A DNA stretch of 57,414 nucleotides from Candidatus Omnitrophota bacterium (GTDB taxonomy: Bacteria > Omnitrophota > Gorgyraeia > Zapsychrales > Fredricksoniimonadaceae). The position numbers and the translations under genes were made by a program. Positions 20,295 to 32,780 of the stretch are shown one piece after another. The stretch covers positions 1 to 57,414 of the forward strand of contig CAWHFJ010000010.1 in the NCBI GenBank assembly GCA_963828495.1, read 5' to 3'. The notes beneath the pieces were generated by a model. The model saw nothing but the letters and a program-made list of their open reading frames with translations, made no database searches and was not told where the DNA came from. The first letter of the stretch is position 1; each line of letters opens with the position of its first letter.

Positions 20295-22528
20295 TCCCTA
20301 CACAAAGGATACTGCTGCCACCGCCAAGGCGGACAATAAATTAATTCCGCTTGTTTGTTTTCAGGATGCACCCAAAAACCCGTCTGAAACCCATTCACAT
20401 CAAATGCGCGTACCGGTTTATCGTCAACCAATACCCGCCAGTAAGAATTTAAAGTTGAAGCTACGACCAACAACGCATCCTGCCTTGTTGAAATACCCAG
20501 ACGCATATAATCGCTTTGATAATCATCCATATAAACACCATCACCGGCAGATCGCCCCTTAGTCGGCGCCCATTCTTGCAATTGAACGAATGCAATCTTT
20601 TGCGCGGCTAATGCCAACTCCTGTTGAGTTAACAGAGGAAATTGCCCGGATGGCCATGGCAACACATGGGCCGCTAAATAAACTCTCGGCAAGGATCCTT
20701 GCAAATAATAAACATATAAAGGCCTGCGATAACCATAATCTTTAACAAGACAACCGATATATTGCCAATAATTATGCAGAACTTTAAAATCCATTTGTGA
20801 AGGAGCCAATATCCTTTGCGTGCAAGCCATGGGTTGACCGGGATCTTGTATGACCGCCTCTAATCCGGGCATCGGATACAAAGGATGATGGGAAATAATC
20901 CAATGGACATTAGTTAACTTAAGCGCATCAGGGTTGACCAGTACAGGCAATGGTACGGAAAAATTCAGGCGCTGATAATGTTCTTTAACCGGTATCGGTA
21001 TGGATAAAAATCCTTCGTTATTAGCGCCGCGCAAACTGGGCAGCATAGCGCTAAACCACCAAAAATAAAGCTTACGCTTATCAATGAGAGGCGTATAGCC
21101 AAGCATGGATTCAAGCCCCTGATACTGCCCCCAAAAATGCACGTCGTTGGTATCATCAATACCCACCACCCGCACCGGAGTGGGTGTTATTTCCTTGAGC
21201 AGAGAACTTATCGATGTATCTGTCAATGCCGCCCAAGTGCCGGACGGATAAGAACTATCCAGATCAAACCATAATGAATCCATCCATGCGAAAGCAATCA
21301 GCACCCAGCATACGCAAAAAATTAATACCCGTGACGCAATACCCCCCAGATGCCAGCGGTTGGCAATGGCTTGTTGAATTTTGTCCATAAAAAAAATCAC
21401 CGCCAGCCACATCCAGGCTTCATTGCCTTGATACAGCAACTCCCAGCGAAAAGCCGGCATAATTTTTAAACTTTGAAAGACATAGGCGCAGGCCCCAACA
21501 GCACAAAATCCTAAAAATACACCTAATACTTGTCGGACAATCTTCTGTCGGTAAATCTTTAAAATAGCGCCGATAATGCCAAAAATTAAAAGCAGAACAA
21601 TATCCGGTAATAAATAAAAAGTCCTTAAATCCACGGAGTGACGGTAAACTTCTGCCCGGCCTGTAGTGGCAAATAAGAATTTCATCGCTAAAAATTGCGG
21701 TAGAAGGATCAACACAAAAGCCAAAATAATCAACAGATTGGCTTGAAGAACCTTCCAGAAGCTTCCCTTACCCCAAAATACCAGGCCCCATAGGGTGACA
21801 GTGACTAAAAGGGGCGGTAAATTATGAAATGGAAGCCCGGAACTCAAGGCTAAAGCCAATCCCACTAACAAAGATATAATGCTAAATTTATAGTTCTGAT
21901 AAAAACGCGTCAGTCCATAAATACCGACGATAATAACGGCAAATCCATGTCCGTCAACAATATGAGCATCCGGGTATATGCCTGTCCAATAGCCTTCTGT
22001 GATAACCGCAATCGTGGCGCCTATATAGGCCATCCATCGGCGTACACCTAAAAATTCAGTTTGTATTTTCCAGGAAAAAATAAATACCAGAAATACATTA
22101 ATCCCCATGACCCATAGATACAGTTGATAAGGTTCTTTTAAAAATAAAGCATAAATTCTTTCCAAGGCCAACGGATGGCAATTAGGCAAGAGCCAGCGGT
22201 CCATGCCTCCCAATAAACCATTGGTCCAATTAATGGAATCCCCTTGATGAGATGCGGATAAGTACGTTTGTAACGTCACCGAGGAATCATCAGAGCCGCC
22301 ATGAGGCGCGTTGTGCCCCAACATCCAATAAGGAGCAGAAAAAACAACAAATAAGGTCAATGCGGCGATCCATACTCCTTTATTGTTATTTTGAGTACGG
22401 ACGACGGGTGAAGACAATTGCGGTTGAAGCTTCTCAAAATAATAGATAGCTAAGCTGCTCAGAATAACGAGAGGGAAAAACCATATTTGACGAAAAAGGC
22501 TTTCAACAATAGGAATGGTATCGATCAT
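20285..22528 (-). CDS. YfhO-like polytopic membrane protein (GT-C fold)
   Basis: 747 aa, multi-TM; C-terminal LLVVAST...WRVLVDDKP...VNGFQTGFWV...ELIYCP typical of YfhO-like tails. Confidence 0.65.
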   Translation of the reverse strand: MIDTIPIVESLFRQIWFFPLVILSSLAIYYFEKLQPQLSSPVVRTQNNNKGVWIAALTLFVVFSAPYWMLGHNAPHGGSDDSSVTLQTYLSASHQGDSINWTNGLLGGMDRWLLPNCHPLALERIYALFLKEPYQLYLWVMGINVFLVFIFSWKIQTEFLGVRRWMAYIGATIAVITEGYWTGIYPDAHIVDGHGFAVIIVGIYGLTRFYQNYKFSIISLLVGLALALSSGLPFHNLPPLLVTVTLWGLVFWGKGSFWKVLQANLLIILAFVLILLPQFLAMKFLFATTGRAEVYRHSVDLRTFYLLPDIVLLLIFGIIGAILKIYRQKIVRQVLGVFLGFCAVGACAYVFQSLKIMPAFRWELLYQGNEAWMWLAVIFFMDKIQQAIANRWHLGGIASRVLIFCVCWVLIAFAWMDSLWFDLDSSYPSGTWAALTDTSISSLLKEITPTPVRVVGIDDTNDVHFWGQYQGLESMLGYTPLIDKRKLYFWWFSAMLPSLRGANNEGFLSIPIPVKEHYQRLNFSVPLPVLVNPDALKLTNVHWIISHHPLYPMPGLEAVIQDPGQPMACTQRILAPSQMDFKVLHNYWQYIGCLVKDYGYRRPLYVYYLQGSLPRVYLAAHVLPWPSGQFPLLTQQELALAAQKIAFVQLQEWAPTKGRSAGDGVYMDDYQSDYMRLGISTRQDALLVVASTLNSYWRVLVDDKPVRAFDVNGFQTGFWVHPENKQAELIYCPPWRWQQYPLCRDHQ

Positions 22529-23630
22529 AAACCAAATTTTTTATAGGGAAGATCAAAGGTCTCAGCCACTTCCTTGATAGTTAAATGCCCTTCCGTCATA
22601 TTTAAAGCCGTGCGGATTTCATGAGAGTCCTTGACTAATTTTTTATAACCGTCGTTGGCGACTTTCAGAATATAAGGGAAAGTCGCATTAGCCAAAGCAT
22701 AGGTGCTGCAACGCGGCACAATGCCGGGCATATTAGCGACACAATAGTGCACCACCCCATCAACGACATAAATGGGATTTTCAAAAGTCGTAGGCCGGGA
22801 GGTTTCCACTGACCCGCCTTGGTCTATGGCTACATCAACGATTACAGCGCCTTTTTTCATCTGGGAGAGCAGCTTGCGGTCAATCAGACAGGGGCTTTGG
22901 CCCCACGGACTGAAACACACAAGATAACCAAATCCGCCTTAAGCACAGAGGCGCGAATGTTGTGCGGATGGCTTATCAGCGTATGGACATTGCCGGGCAT
23001 GACGTCTGCCAAATAACGCAAGCGGTTTAAATTAATATCCAAAACCGTGACATTCGCCCCTAACCCCGCTGCCATTTTACAGGCATTGCGCCCCGGCTGT
23101 TCCCGCCCCGATAATGGTCACTTCCGCCGGAGAAACACCGGGAACGCCCCCTAACAAAATCCCCCTGCCTTGCATCGGATCTTGTAAATATTTGGCCCCT
23201 TCCTGTACGGCCATACGGCCGGCCACTTCAGACATCGCCATCAAGCAAGGCAATTCCCCCTGCTGGGTTTGAAGGGTTTCATACGCCAGCGCTGTAATGC
23301 GACACTCCAGCATGGCCTCGGTCAGCGAACGGCTGGATGCAAAATGAAAATAGGAAAATACGATCTGGTCTTTTTTAAAAATTTATATTCAGAAATTTGG
23401 GGTTCCATGACCTTGACGATCATGTTTGCCTGGGAATAAACGAGCTCGGGCGTATCGACAATTTCTCCCCCCACCGTCTCATAATCAACGTCGGTAATGC
23501 CGCTCATTTGACCGGCATCACGCTGGATAATGACCTGATGTCCTGCGTGCACCAAAGATTCGACACCTTCCGCCAAAAGGCCGACACGATATTCATTGTT
23601 CTTGATTTCTTTAGGTACGCCTATAATCAT
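22525..23630 (-). CDS. ald: Alanine dehydrogenase, several frameshifts
   Basis: MIIGVPKEIKNNEYRV, MSEVAGRMAVQEGA, DVAIDQGG, HYCVANMPG across four ORF pieces. Confidence 0.9.
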
Positions 23631-23646
23631 ATTTAATGGGGACCTA

Positions 23647-25020
23647 TCATGTCCTGCGGACGGACAAGGTATCAAACTCTTCGGAAGTCAAGAATCCTAA
23701 AGCGACCGCTGCTTGCTTGAGGGTTATATTTTCAGCGAACGCTTTTTGCGCCACCTTAGCGGCATTATCATAACCGATACGCGGATTTAAGGCGGTCACT
23801 AACATCAATGAATCATCCAGATGTTTTTTGATATGGGGTCTGTTGGCTTGAATGCCGATAATGCAATTGTCAGTCAGACTTTCACAGGCATCAGATAAAA
23901 GCCGTATAGAATTAAGGACATTAAAAATAATGACCGGTTTATAGACATTGAATTCAAAATTACCGCTTGAGCCGGCAATGGTCACTGCCGTATGATTACC
24001 AAATACCTGCGCGCAAACCATGGTCATGGCCTCGCATTGGGTGGGATTGACTTTGCCGGGCATGATCGAAGAACCCGGTTCATTTTCCGGTAAATGCAAT
24101 TCCCCGATGCCTGAGCGCGGGCCTGATCCCAACCAGCGGATATCATTGGCAATTTTCATTAATGAAACGGCCAACGTATTTAAAACACCGCTTAGTTCCA
24201 CCATAGTGTCGTGACTAGCCAAGGCTTCAAATTTATTGCGAGCGGTTTTAAAAGGTTTACCGGTGATTTGAGCTATTTTTTCTGCGGATTTAACGGCAAA
24301 TTGCGGATGCGTATTAAGCCCCGTACCGACGGCGGTACCGCCTAAAGCCAATTCATACAGACGTGGCAAAACCGCTTCAATACGCTCAAGGCCGCTATTG
24401 AGTTGCTGCACATATCCGGAAATTTCCTGTCCCAAAGTCAAAGGAGTGGCATCCATTAAGTGGGTGCGTCCAATCTTAATAATATCTTTGAACTCTATTT
24501 CTTTTTGTTGTAAGGCATCCCGTAATTTTTTAATCATGGGGATCAATCGGCGGTGGATCTCTTCAACCGCGGCAATATGCATGGCCGTTGGAAAAACATC
24601 ATTGGAAGACTGGCCCTTATTGACATCATCGTTGGGATGAATGGGATTTTTGCTGCCCTTAACCCCGCCGGCTAATTCAATGGCACGGTTAGAGATCACC
24701 TCATTGGCGTTCATATTTGTCTGCGTGCCTGAACCGGTTTGCCAAACAACCAAGGGGAAATGGCTATCGAGTTTGCCTTCGATAACTTCATCGGCCGCGC
24801 GAACAATTAAATCTGCTTTATCGGCCGTTAAAACCCCTAATTCTTGATTGGTTATGGCTGCGGCTTTTTTGAGGATCCCTAAAGCACGGATGAATTCTTT
24901 GGGGAATTTGTCTGTGCCGATTTTAAAATTCTCCAGCGAGCGTTGGGTTTGAGCACCCCAATACTTATCCGCAGGTACCCGGACTTCCCCCATGCTGTCG
25001 GTTTCTATACGATAATCCAT
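23647..25020 (-). CDS. fumC: Class II fumarate hydratase
   Basis: [31 protein letters not shown]; last codons probably frameshifted. Confidence 0.95.
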   Translation of the reverse strand: MDYRIETDSMGEVRVPADKYWGAQTQRSLENFKIGTDKFPKEFIRALGILKKAAAITNQELGVLTADKADLIVRAADEVIEGKLDSHFPLVVWQTGSGTQTNMNANEVISNRAIELAGGVKGSKNPIHPNDDVNKGQSSNDVFPTAMHIAAVEEIHRRLIPMIKKLRDALQQKEIEFKDIIKIGRTHLMDATPLTLGQEISGYVQQLNSGLERIEAVLPRLYELALGGTAVGTGLNTHPQFAVKSAEKIAQITGKPFKTARNKFEALASHDTMVELSGVLNTLAVSLMKIANDIRWLGSGPRSGIGELHLPENEPGSSIMPGKVNPTQCEAMTMVCAQVFGNHTAVTIAGSSGNFEFNVYKPVIIFNVLNSIRLLSDACESLTDNCIIGIQANRPHIKKHLDDSLMLVTALNPRIGYDNAAKVAQKAFAENITLKQAAVALGFLTSEEFDTLSVRRT

Positions 25021-25022
25021 GA

Positions 25023-25880
25023 TCAACCTTTTTTAACAGGAACAATCCCGGCCAGTTCCCCGATCACATTGACCAATTCACTATTAATCGGGACTACAAC
25101 TTTAGTATTTTGGGACAAAGATTTCTCCACCGCTTCTAAGCGGCGTAAAAGCTGGGCGTTGCCTACAAAATATTTATCCGCCGCCTCATTCACTAAACGG
25201 ATAGCCTCAGACTCACCTTCGGCCTGCAAAATCCTGGCTTGTTTGACCCCTTCCGCTTTTTTAATTTCTGCCCGTTTTTGGCCGTCAGCTGCGGTTTCTG
25301 TCGCGGTGGCAAAATCAATCGCGGCAATTTTTTCATTTTCCGCTTTAACAACCTTGTTCATGGTTTCCTGGACGTCTTTGGGCGGGTCGATCTCTTTAAG
25401 TTCCGTGCGGACGATTTCCAATCCCCAATTGGCGGTTTCACGTTCCAATATAGTATGTAAATCGGTATTAATACGGCCGCGTTCACTATTGGCACTTTTT
25501 AAAGTCATGGTACCGATGATATTACGCAAAGTGGTGCGCGCCAGATTGACGATCTGATATTGATAATTGCCGACATTGTATTGGCACTTCTTAACGCTAT
25601 CCTCATCGGGTTTGACTTTAAAATAAACCTGGGCATCGACTTTAGCATTTAAATTGTCATTAGTAATGATCTCCTGCGTTTCAGCGTTAACCAATTGCTC
25701 GGTGATATTGACAATGTACAAATTTTCCACCAAAGGGATGATCCAATTAAATCCCATATTGGCAAAACGATTGTATTTTCCAAGACGCTCGATCAACCCC
25801 CGGGAAGTCGGACGAACAATGCGGATACCCGCAAAAAAGAAAAACAACACGCATAAAAAAGGAATAAGTATAGTTTCCAT
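25023..25880 (-). CDS. SPFH/band 7 (stomatin-like) protein
   Basis: N-terminal [32 protein letters not shown]. Confidence 0.88.
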   Translation of the reverse strand: METILIPFLCVLFFFFAGIRIVRPTSRGLIERLGKYNRFANMGFNWIIPLVENLYIVNITEQLVNAETQEIITNDNLNAKVDAQVYFKVKPDEDSVKKCQYNVGNYQYQIVNLARTTLRNIIGTMTLKSANSERGRINTDLHTILERETANWGLEIVRTELKEIDPPKDVQETMNKVVKAENEKIAAIDFATATETAADGQKRAEIKKAEGVKQARILQAEGESEAIRLVNEAADKYFVGNAQLLRRLEAVEKSLSQNTKVVVPINSELVNVIGELAGIVPVKKG

Positions 25881-25889
25881 AATAATCTC

Positions 25890-27285
25890 CTAAGTTATTC
25901 AATAAATAACGGGTCAATAAACGCACGCCGGCGCCGGTGGCACCGTGACCGTAATACATGCGGCCTTGCCCATCTGCCCAAGCGCTTCCGGCTATATCCA
26001 AATGGGCCCAAGGTGTACCTTCGGTAAACTGGTGCAAAAATTCTGCCGCGGTAATCGCTCCGCCTCCTTTAATAGTGCTGGTGTTCTTTAAATCCGCAAT
26101 AGGCGACTTGATATATTCTTTACTTTCGGAATAAACCGGCATGCGCCAAATACGGTCATCGGTTTCATTGGCAGCCTCTATCAATTGAGAGGCTAATTTA
26201 TCATTATTAGAAAACAATCCCGAGTAATCAAACCCTAAGGCCACCACACAAGCCCCGGTCAAAGTCGCCAGGTCAATCATTTTAGCCGGTTTGTAATTGC
26301 CAACGACATAGGCCAAAGCATCGGCTAAAACCAGGCGGCCTTCAGCGTCGGTATTTCCGATTTCAACGGATTTACCGGCATATCCGGTTATCACATCACC
26401 CGGTTTATAGGCGGCAGGACCGATGGAATTTTCAGCGATACCTAAAACAAACAATAAATTCTTTTTGATACCGAGGCTCAAAACATTTTTTAAAATACCG
26501 CATACAGCGGCGGCCCCGGACATATCCATCTTCATGGTTTCCATACTGCCGGTAGGTTTTAAATTCAACCCTCCGGTATCAAAGGTTAGGCCTTTACCGA
26601 TAAGAGCGGTATAACCTTCATTTTTCTTGCCGCCATTATAACGGACAATGATGAGTTTAGGCTCCTTATTACTGCCCTGATTAACCGCCAGATGGAGATT
26701 AAGTCCCTTGGCTTTTAATTCTTTGCGGTTGAGGATTTTTAGACTAATATTTTTTTTGCCCTTAATAAGACTCCGCACTGTTTTTTCCAAATAAGCCGAT
26801 GTAATGGTGTCTGCATTATCATTGACCAGGTCACGAGCAAAAGCTGACACCTTGGGCAATCAGCCACCGCTCTGTGTAAAATTCTTTTTAGCTTCGACAG
26901 CAATGGTCACCTGCTTGATTTTAACAGTTTCGTCATCCTTATCTTTAGATTTATATTTATCCCAAACATAAGAACCGATCGACACGCCTTCGATAATAGC
27001 ATGGATCGTCGCGCTATCTTTAGCGTGAGGGATGATTTCTACGGTTCTGGCTTTTTTCAGATAACCGGATAACAAGGCCTTACGCACGTGTATACGCACA
27101 TCGGTTAAAGATAACTTAGCCGCTTTCCCTAAACCGACAAATACAAAGGACCTGTGGCCGTTAAGGATGGGGAAAATCTCTCCTTTTTCTAATGCCTTTT
27201 TAAAACGCGCATGGGTTTGACCCGCCGTCAAAAGCACTACCACAGCGTCTTTGTCATATTTAGCCTGAGGACGAAATGAAATCAT
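25890..27285 (-). CDS. pepA: Leucyl aminopeptidase (M17), frameshift near 26860; true stop uncertain
   Basis: GKGLTFDTGG, MKMDMSGAA, NTDAEGRLVLAD, WAHLDIAG. Confidence 0.9.
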
Positions 27286-27293
27286 ATTAACTC

Positions 27294-28583
27294 CTAACGT
27301 TTTTCTATCGGCACATAGTCTGTTTTACGCGCACCCGTATAAATTTGCATCGGTCTGCCTATTTTGGTCGTCGGGTCCTGGATCATTTCTTTCCAGTGGG
27401 CGATCCATCCGGGCATACGGCCTATAGCAAACATGACCGGAGACATGTTCGGAGGTATGCCCACAGCCCTAAAAATAATACCGCTATAAAAATCGACATT
27501 AGGATACAATTTACGTGAAATAAAATACTCATCTTTAAGGGCGGCCTCTTCCAGGCGCTTGGCCACATCCAGTAAGGGATCATGGATACCTAATTTATTA
27601 AGCAAATCGTCGGTGCACTGTTTAATGATCTTGGCCCTGGGGTCAAAATTCTTATAAACCCGATGGCCAAAACCCATGAGACGTGAAGGGTCATTTTTAT
27701 CTTTAGTTTTAGCGATATATTTATCTACATCCCCGCCCTCTTTCTGGATTAATTCCAGCATCTCGATGACGGCTTGGTTAGCTCCCCCATGTAAAGGCCC
27801 CCATAAAGCGCAAATCCCCGCGGAAATCGAAGCGTATAAATTCGCGCGCGAAGAACCCACTAAACGCACGGTGGATGTGGAACAATTCTGTTCATGGTCC
27901 GCATGTAAAATAAACAGCACTTGCATGGCGCGCACCACTTCATCGTGTATCTTGTAAGGATGCGTCGGTGAAAAAAACATCATGTTGAGAAAATTAGGCA
28001 CATAGTGCAAATCATGCCGGGGATAAATAAAAGGCTCACCGATGGATTTCTTATACGAAAAAGCGCAAATCGTACGCACTTTGGAAAGCAATTGGACCGC
28101 GATATGGTCTATTTCTTTGGGAGTGGGATTCTCTTTGATTAATTCCGGATAGTAAGCGGACAAGGCGCAGACCATGGCTGAAAGGCTGGCCATGGGATGC
28201 GTTGTCGCCGGATAAGCGTCAAAGAAATTCTTCATGTCCTCATGGATCATGGAATGTTCATTAAACGCCGAAGAAAAATCATCCAGCTCTTTTTGATTAG
28301 GCAGACGCCCATAGATCAGCAGAAAAGCCGTCTCGACAAAAGTGGACTTTTCAGCTAACTGTTCTACCGGAATGCCGCGATAGCGCAGGATCCCTTTGTC
28401 TCCGTCGATATAAGAAATAGCGCTTTTGCAGGAACCGGTGTTACCAAAAGACGGGTCCATGGTAATAAACCCTGTTTGAGAACGCAATTTGGTAATATCG
28501 AAAGCTTTCTCCCCCTCAGTACCGACAATAACAGGACATTCCAGGATTTTCCCGTCAATATTGACTTGAACATGGTCCGCCAT
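27294..28583 (-). CDS. gltA: Citrate synthase (type II)
   Basis: HADHEQNCST, GPLHGGANQ, MGFGHRVYK, YPNVDFYSG. Confidence 0.96.
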   Translation of the reverse strand: MADHVQVNIDGKILECPVIVGTEGEKAFDITKLRSQTGFITMDPSFGNTGSCKSAISYIDGDKGILRYRGIPVEQLAEKSTFVETAFLLIYGRLPNQKELDDFSSAFNEHSMIHEDMKNFFDAYPATTHPMASLSAMVCALSAYYPELIKENPTPKEIDHIAVQLLSKVRTICAFSYKKSIGEPFIYPRHDLHYVPNFLNMMFFSPTHPYKIHDEVVRAMQVLFILHADHEQNCSTSTVRLVGSSRANLYASISAGICALWGPLHGGANQAVIEMLELIQKEGGDVDKYIAKTKDKNDPSRLMGFGHRVYKNFDPRAKIIKQCTDDLLNKLGIHDPLLDVAKRLEEAALKDEYFISRKLYPNVDFYSGIIFRAVGIPPNMSPVMFAIGRMPGWIAHWKEMIQDPTTKIGRPMQIYTGARKTDYVPIEKR

Positions 28584-28629
28584 AAAAGTCCTCTCTTTCT
28601 AAAAATTAATGCTGACAAAAACCCCCACT

Positions 28630-29376
28630 TCAGAGATCACAGGCCTTTACTTTATCTAAAAATACCTGATCCGTCAAATCCGAATGTATGGGAGTGACGG
28701 TAATGAACTTGTTCTTTAAGGCGTAGGTATCGATGGTATTATCATTTTTATGCGCCGGCATTTGGGAGCCCATCCAATAGTAATACTTATTATGGGGGCT
28801 TTTGCGTTTTTCAAAAACTTCATGAATGGGCTCTGTTCCCTGGCGGGTTAAACGCACACCTTTGGGTTTGCCCACCGGTACGTTGACGTTAAAAAATGTC
28901 CCTGAAGGCAACTTATTTTTATAAACCCATTTAGCCAATTTAGCGGTAAACTTGGCAGCTATGGAAAAATCCAGATTATCAAAAGAGTCCAATGAGACGG
29001 CAAAAGAATTGATACCCATCAGGGCCCCTTCGCGTGCCGCGGAAACTGTCCCCGAATAAAATACGCTGCAGCCGTCATTGGCGCCGGCATTGATACCGGA
29101 AATGACCATATCGGGCTTTTGACCTTTAAAAAGCACACTCACAGCCCATTTGACACAATCCGCCGGCTTGCCACTCATGGCATAACCATCAAAACGATGT
29201 CCGGGAGAAACTTTTTTGACAAACAACGGATAAAAAAGCGTGATCCCGTGTCCCACCGAGCTTTGCTCGCAATCAGGTGCGACGAGAGTCACATCAGCGA
29301 ATTTGATGAGTTCTTTATAAGCGGCATAAATACCTTCCGCGTAAATACCATCATCATTGGTCAGTAGGATACGCAT
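28630..29376 (-). CDS. surE: 5'/3'-nucleotidase SurE
   Basis: [36 protein letters not shown]. Confidence 0.95.
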   Translation of the reverse strand: MRILLTNDDGIYAEGIYAAYKELIKFADVTLVAPDCEQSSVGHGITLFYPLFVKKVSPGHRFDGYAMSGKPADCVKWAVSVLFKGQKPDMVISGINAGANDGCSVFYSGTVSAAREGALMGINSFAVSLDSFDNLDFSIAAKFTAKLAKWVYKNKLPSGTFFNVNVPVGKPKGVRLTRQGTEPIHEVFEKRKSPHNKYYYWMGSQMPAHKNDNTIDTYALKNKFITVTPIHSDLTDQVFLDKVKACDL

Positions 29377-32066
29377 TATTTTGCCAATTTTCTTAAAACA
29401 GTTTGCAAGATACCGCCATTGCGCAAATATTCGACTTCTACCGGCGTGTCTGTGCGGGCTATGACACTAAACTCACCTCTATGGCCGTTGGCAAAAGTCA
29501 CCGCAATCCTTATTTCCTGACGAGGTTTTAATGTGTCATCCAGGTTAATAAAATCGAAAGTCTCATCCCCTTTTAATCCTAAAGAAGCATAATTTTCACC
29601 TGGTTTAAACTGACAGGGTAAAATACCCATGCCGCACAAATTACTGCGGTGAATGCGTTCAAAGCTTTCCGCAATGACAGCCTTCACCCCCAGCAAAGCA
29701 GGGCCTTTGGCTGCCCAGTCACGGGAAGAACCGGTGCCGTATTCCTTGCCGGCCAACACAATCAGAGGCGTATGCGTTTCTTTATATTTCATGGCCGCCT
29801 CATATATAAACATTTTTTCGGCCGAAGGCCAATACGTGGTCCATGGCCCTTCGCAACCCTGCGCAATTAAATTGTGCAAACGGATATTGGCAAAAGTGCC
29901 GCGGATCATCACTCTATCATTACCGCGACGGGCACCATAACTGTTAAAATCTTTTGAGTCCAACCCCTTACCCTTAAGATATTTTCCCGCAGGAGAATCT
30001 TGGGCAATGGAGCCGGCCGGTGAAATATGGTCGGTTGTAATAGAATCCGCCACCATCACCAAACATCTGGCCTGTTTAATGCCCTCCAACGGATCGACTT
30101 GTAACTTTATACCCGTAAAATAAGGAGGTTTTTGGATATAGGTGCTTTGAGCGCTTCCAGTTAAAAAGATCAGACCGGCTGTTTTTAATGGCATTCCAAT
30201 CTTTATTGCCGCGGTCTACATTTTTATAACATCGACGGAAAATAGAGGCTTTAACAAACTTGGCGCAAACCTTGGCAATTTCTTGATGGGTCGGCCAAAT
30301 GTCTTTCAGATACACCGGTTGGCCTTTTTTATCCATGCCTAAAGGTTCGTGGGTCAAATCAATATCCACCCGCCCGGCCAAAGCAAAGCGACCACCAAAG
30401 GAGGAGACGCCAAAAAATTGGCTTTGGTATACGGGTTAATACGGCCTTCAAAATTACGATTACCGGAAAGCACTGCGGCCGCAACCAGATTGCTTTTGGG
30501 TGATCGCCTGGGCCACAGGCTTCAGGCAAAGGTCCGGAATTACCGATACAAGTCGTACACCCATAACCCACGATATTAAATTTAAGTTTTTCCAAGAAAT
30601 TTCATGAGTCCGGCTTTTTTCAAATACCCTTCAACCGCCTGTGAACCCGGCGCAAAAGAAGTTTTGACATACTAGGGCGGGCTCAAGCCTTTTTCCACAG
30701 CTTTTTTGGCCAAAAGCCCGGCGGCGATCAAGACCGAAGGGTTGGAAGTATTGGTACAACTGGTAATGGCCGCAATCACAACAGCGCCATGACCAATAGT
30801 TCATGGCCATTTTGCACATTGCCGTACGGCAAATCTTGAGGAAGGCCATACCGGGATGATATCCGTATAAAGTTTGGGGAAAATTGGTTTTTAAATCTCT
30901 TAAAGGGACCCTATCTTGCGGGCGTTTGGGGCCGGCCAAACAAGGCTCTACAGTGGACAAATCCAATTCAAACACATCAGAATAAAGACATTCCGCGGAT
31001 TTTGCACTGTAAAACAATCCCTGGGCTTTATAATATTTCTCCACCAAAGCTACTTCCTGAGCGCTTCGCCCGGATAATTTCAAATACTCAAGCGTCTTTT
31101 CATCAACAGGAAATAAACCGATCGTAGCCCCGTATTCCGGCGCCATGTTGGCGATCGTAGCCCTGTCCGGCAGGGATAAATATCGTAATCCTTCCCCAAA
31201 AAACTCCACAAATTTTTCCACCACGCCTTTTTTACGTAAAATCTGGGTAATGGTCAGGACTAAATCGGTCGCCGTCACTCCCTCTTGAAGTTTACCTTTA
31301 ATACGAAAACCGACCACTTCCGGTAAAAGCATATCAATGGGCTCGCCTAACATGACAGATTCAGCTTCAATCCCGCCTACTCCCCAGCCCACAATGCCAA
31401 GGCCATTGATCATGGTGGTATGCGAATCCGTACCCACTAAACTGTCGGGATAAGCTACATTTTTTAATCCGATTTTCTTTTTTAAAACGCCTTTAGCCAA
31501 ATATTCCAGGTTGACCTGATGCACAATACCGGTGGCCGGCGGCACTACCCTGAAATTTTGTAAAGCATTCTGACCCCATTTGAGAAATTCATAACGCTCT
31601 TTATTGCGGTCGAATTCCAGACGCACATTTTGGGCCAGGGCTTGACTTGTACCAAAACGGTCGACTTGCAGGGAATGGTCGATCACAAGATCACATGGCA
31701 CCTGGGGATTGATTTTTTCTATGTCGCCCCTTAAATGTTTCATGGCGTCGCGCATGGCAGCGATGTCGACGATACAGGGAACGCCGGTAAAATCCTGCAA
31801 GATGACCCGGCCGGGTTTAAAGGCGATTTCATCTTTTTTTTCATTGGGTTTCCAATGGGCTATGGTGTCGATATCTTTTTGAGTCACTTGATAACCATCA
31901 AAGTTACGCAAAGCGCTCTCTAAAAGGATACGGATGGAAAACGGCAGTTTAGATATATCCAGGCCCCGGGTTTTGGCAAATTGAGGCAAAGAATAGATAG
32001 TATGGGAGAATTGACTTCAGCTTTTTCACAACGATTTTTTATCAAAGGGGATCATATGCGCTTCAT
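29376..32066 (-). CDS. acnA: Aconitate hydratase A, multiple frameshifts
   Basis: [47 protein letters not shown] across pieces. Confidence 0.93.
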
Positions 32067-32072
32067 TATAAG

Positions 32073-32780
32073 CTATATCGACGCCGCGTCAATAAGGAAT
32101 AAGGCAGGTTTTTTATCAAAATTGAGAGAATTTTTCTTCCATTCTTTGATGCGCATGGTCTTGATGATTTGATTAGAAGAGGTAATATCACAGGCCACGC
32201 AAAGATGGGTTTGATCATGGCAAGTCCCCAGAATGTCTTCCAGAATATTTTGATTACGGTACGGGGCCTCCATAAAAATTTGGGTTTGTTTTTCTTTTAA
32301 AGAACGTTCTTCGAGCTGCTTTATTTTTCGCGTTCTTTCCTGACGGTCACGGGGTAAATAACCGTTAAAAGCAAAATTCTGTCCGTTGAGGCCGGAGGCC
32401 ATTAAAGCCATCACAATGGAACACGGCCCCACCAAAGGCATAATATCTACGTGATGGCGATGGGCCAACAAGACCAAATCAGCGCCGGGATCTGCCACGC
32501 ATGGGGCACCGGCTTCTGAAATAATGGCCCCATCCCCTTCTTGAAGAATTTTGATGTACTCCTCAACCTGTTTAGAGGTGGTGTGTTCATTAAGATCATA
32601 AAAACGGCTCTCGCCAAGGGGGAATTGCGCATTTAATCTTTTAAGCAGGCGACGGGCAGATTTGGGTTCTTCGACAAAAAAAATACGCACATCATGAATT
32701 TCCCGGGCAATATATTCAGGAAGCAAATGCCGCTCTTCTTCATTGATCGTATTAGGGATTAAATATAATTTAGGCCTCAT
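32073..32780 (-). CDS. Tetrapyrrole-methylase-family SAM methyltransferase (RsmI-like)
   Basis: [51 protein letters not shown]. Confidence 0.85.
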   Translation of the reverse strand: MRPKLYLIPNTINEEERHLLPEYIAREIHDVRIFFVEEPKSARRLLKRLNAQFPLGESRFYDLNEHTTSKQVEEYIKILQEGDGAIISEAGAPCVADPGADLVLLAHRHHVDIMPLVGPCSIVMALMASGLNGQNFAFNGYLPRDRQERTRKIKQLEERSLKEKQTQIFMEAPYRNQNILEDILGTCHDQTHLCVACDITSSNQIIKTMRIKEWKKNSLNFDKKPALFLIDAASI

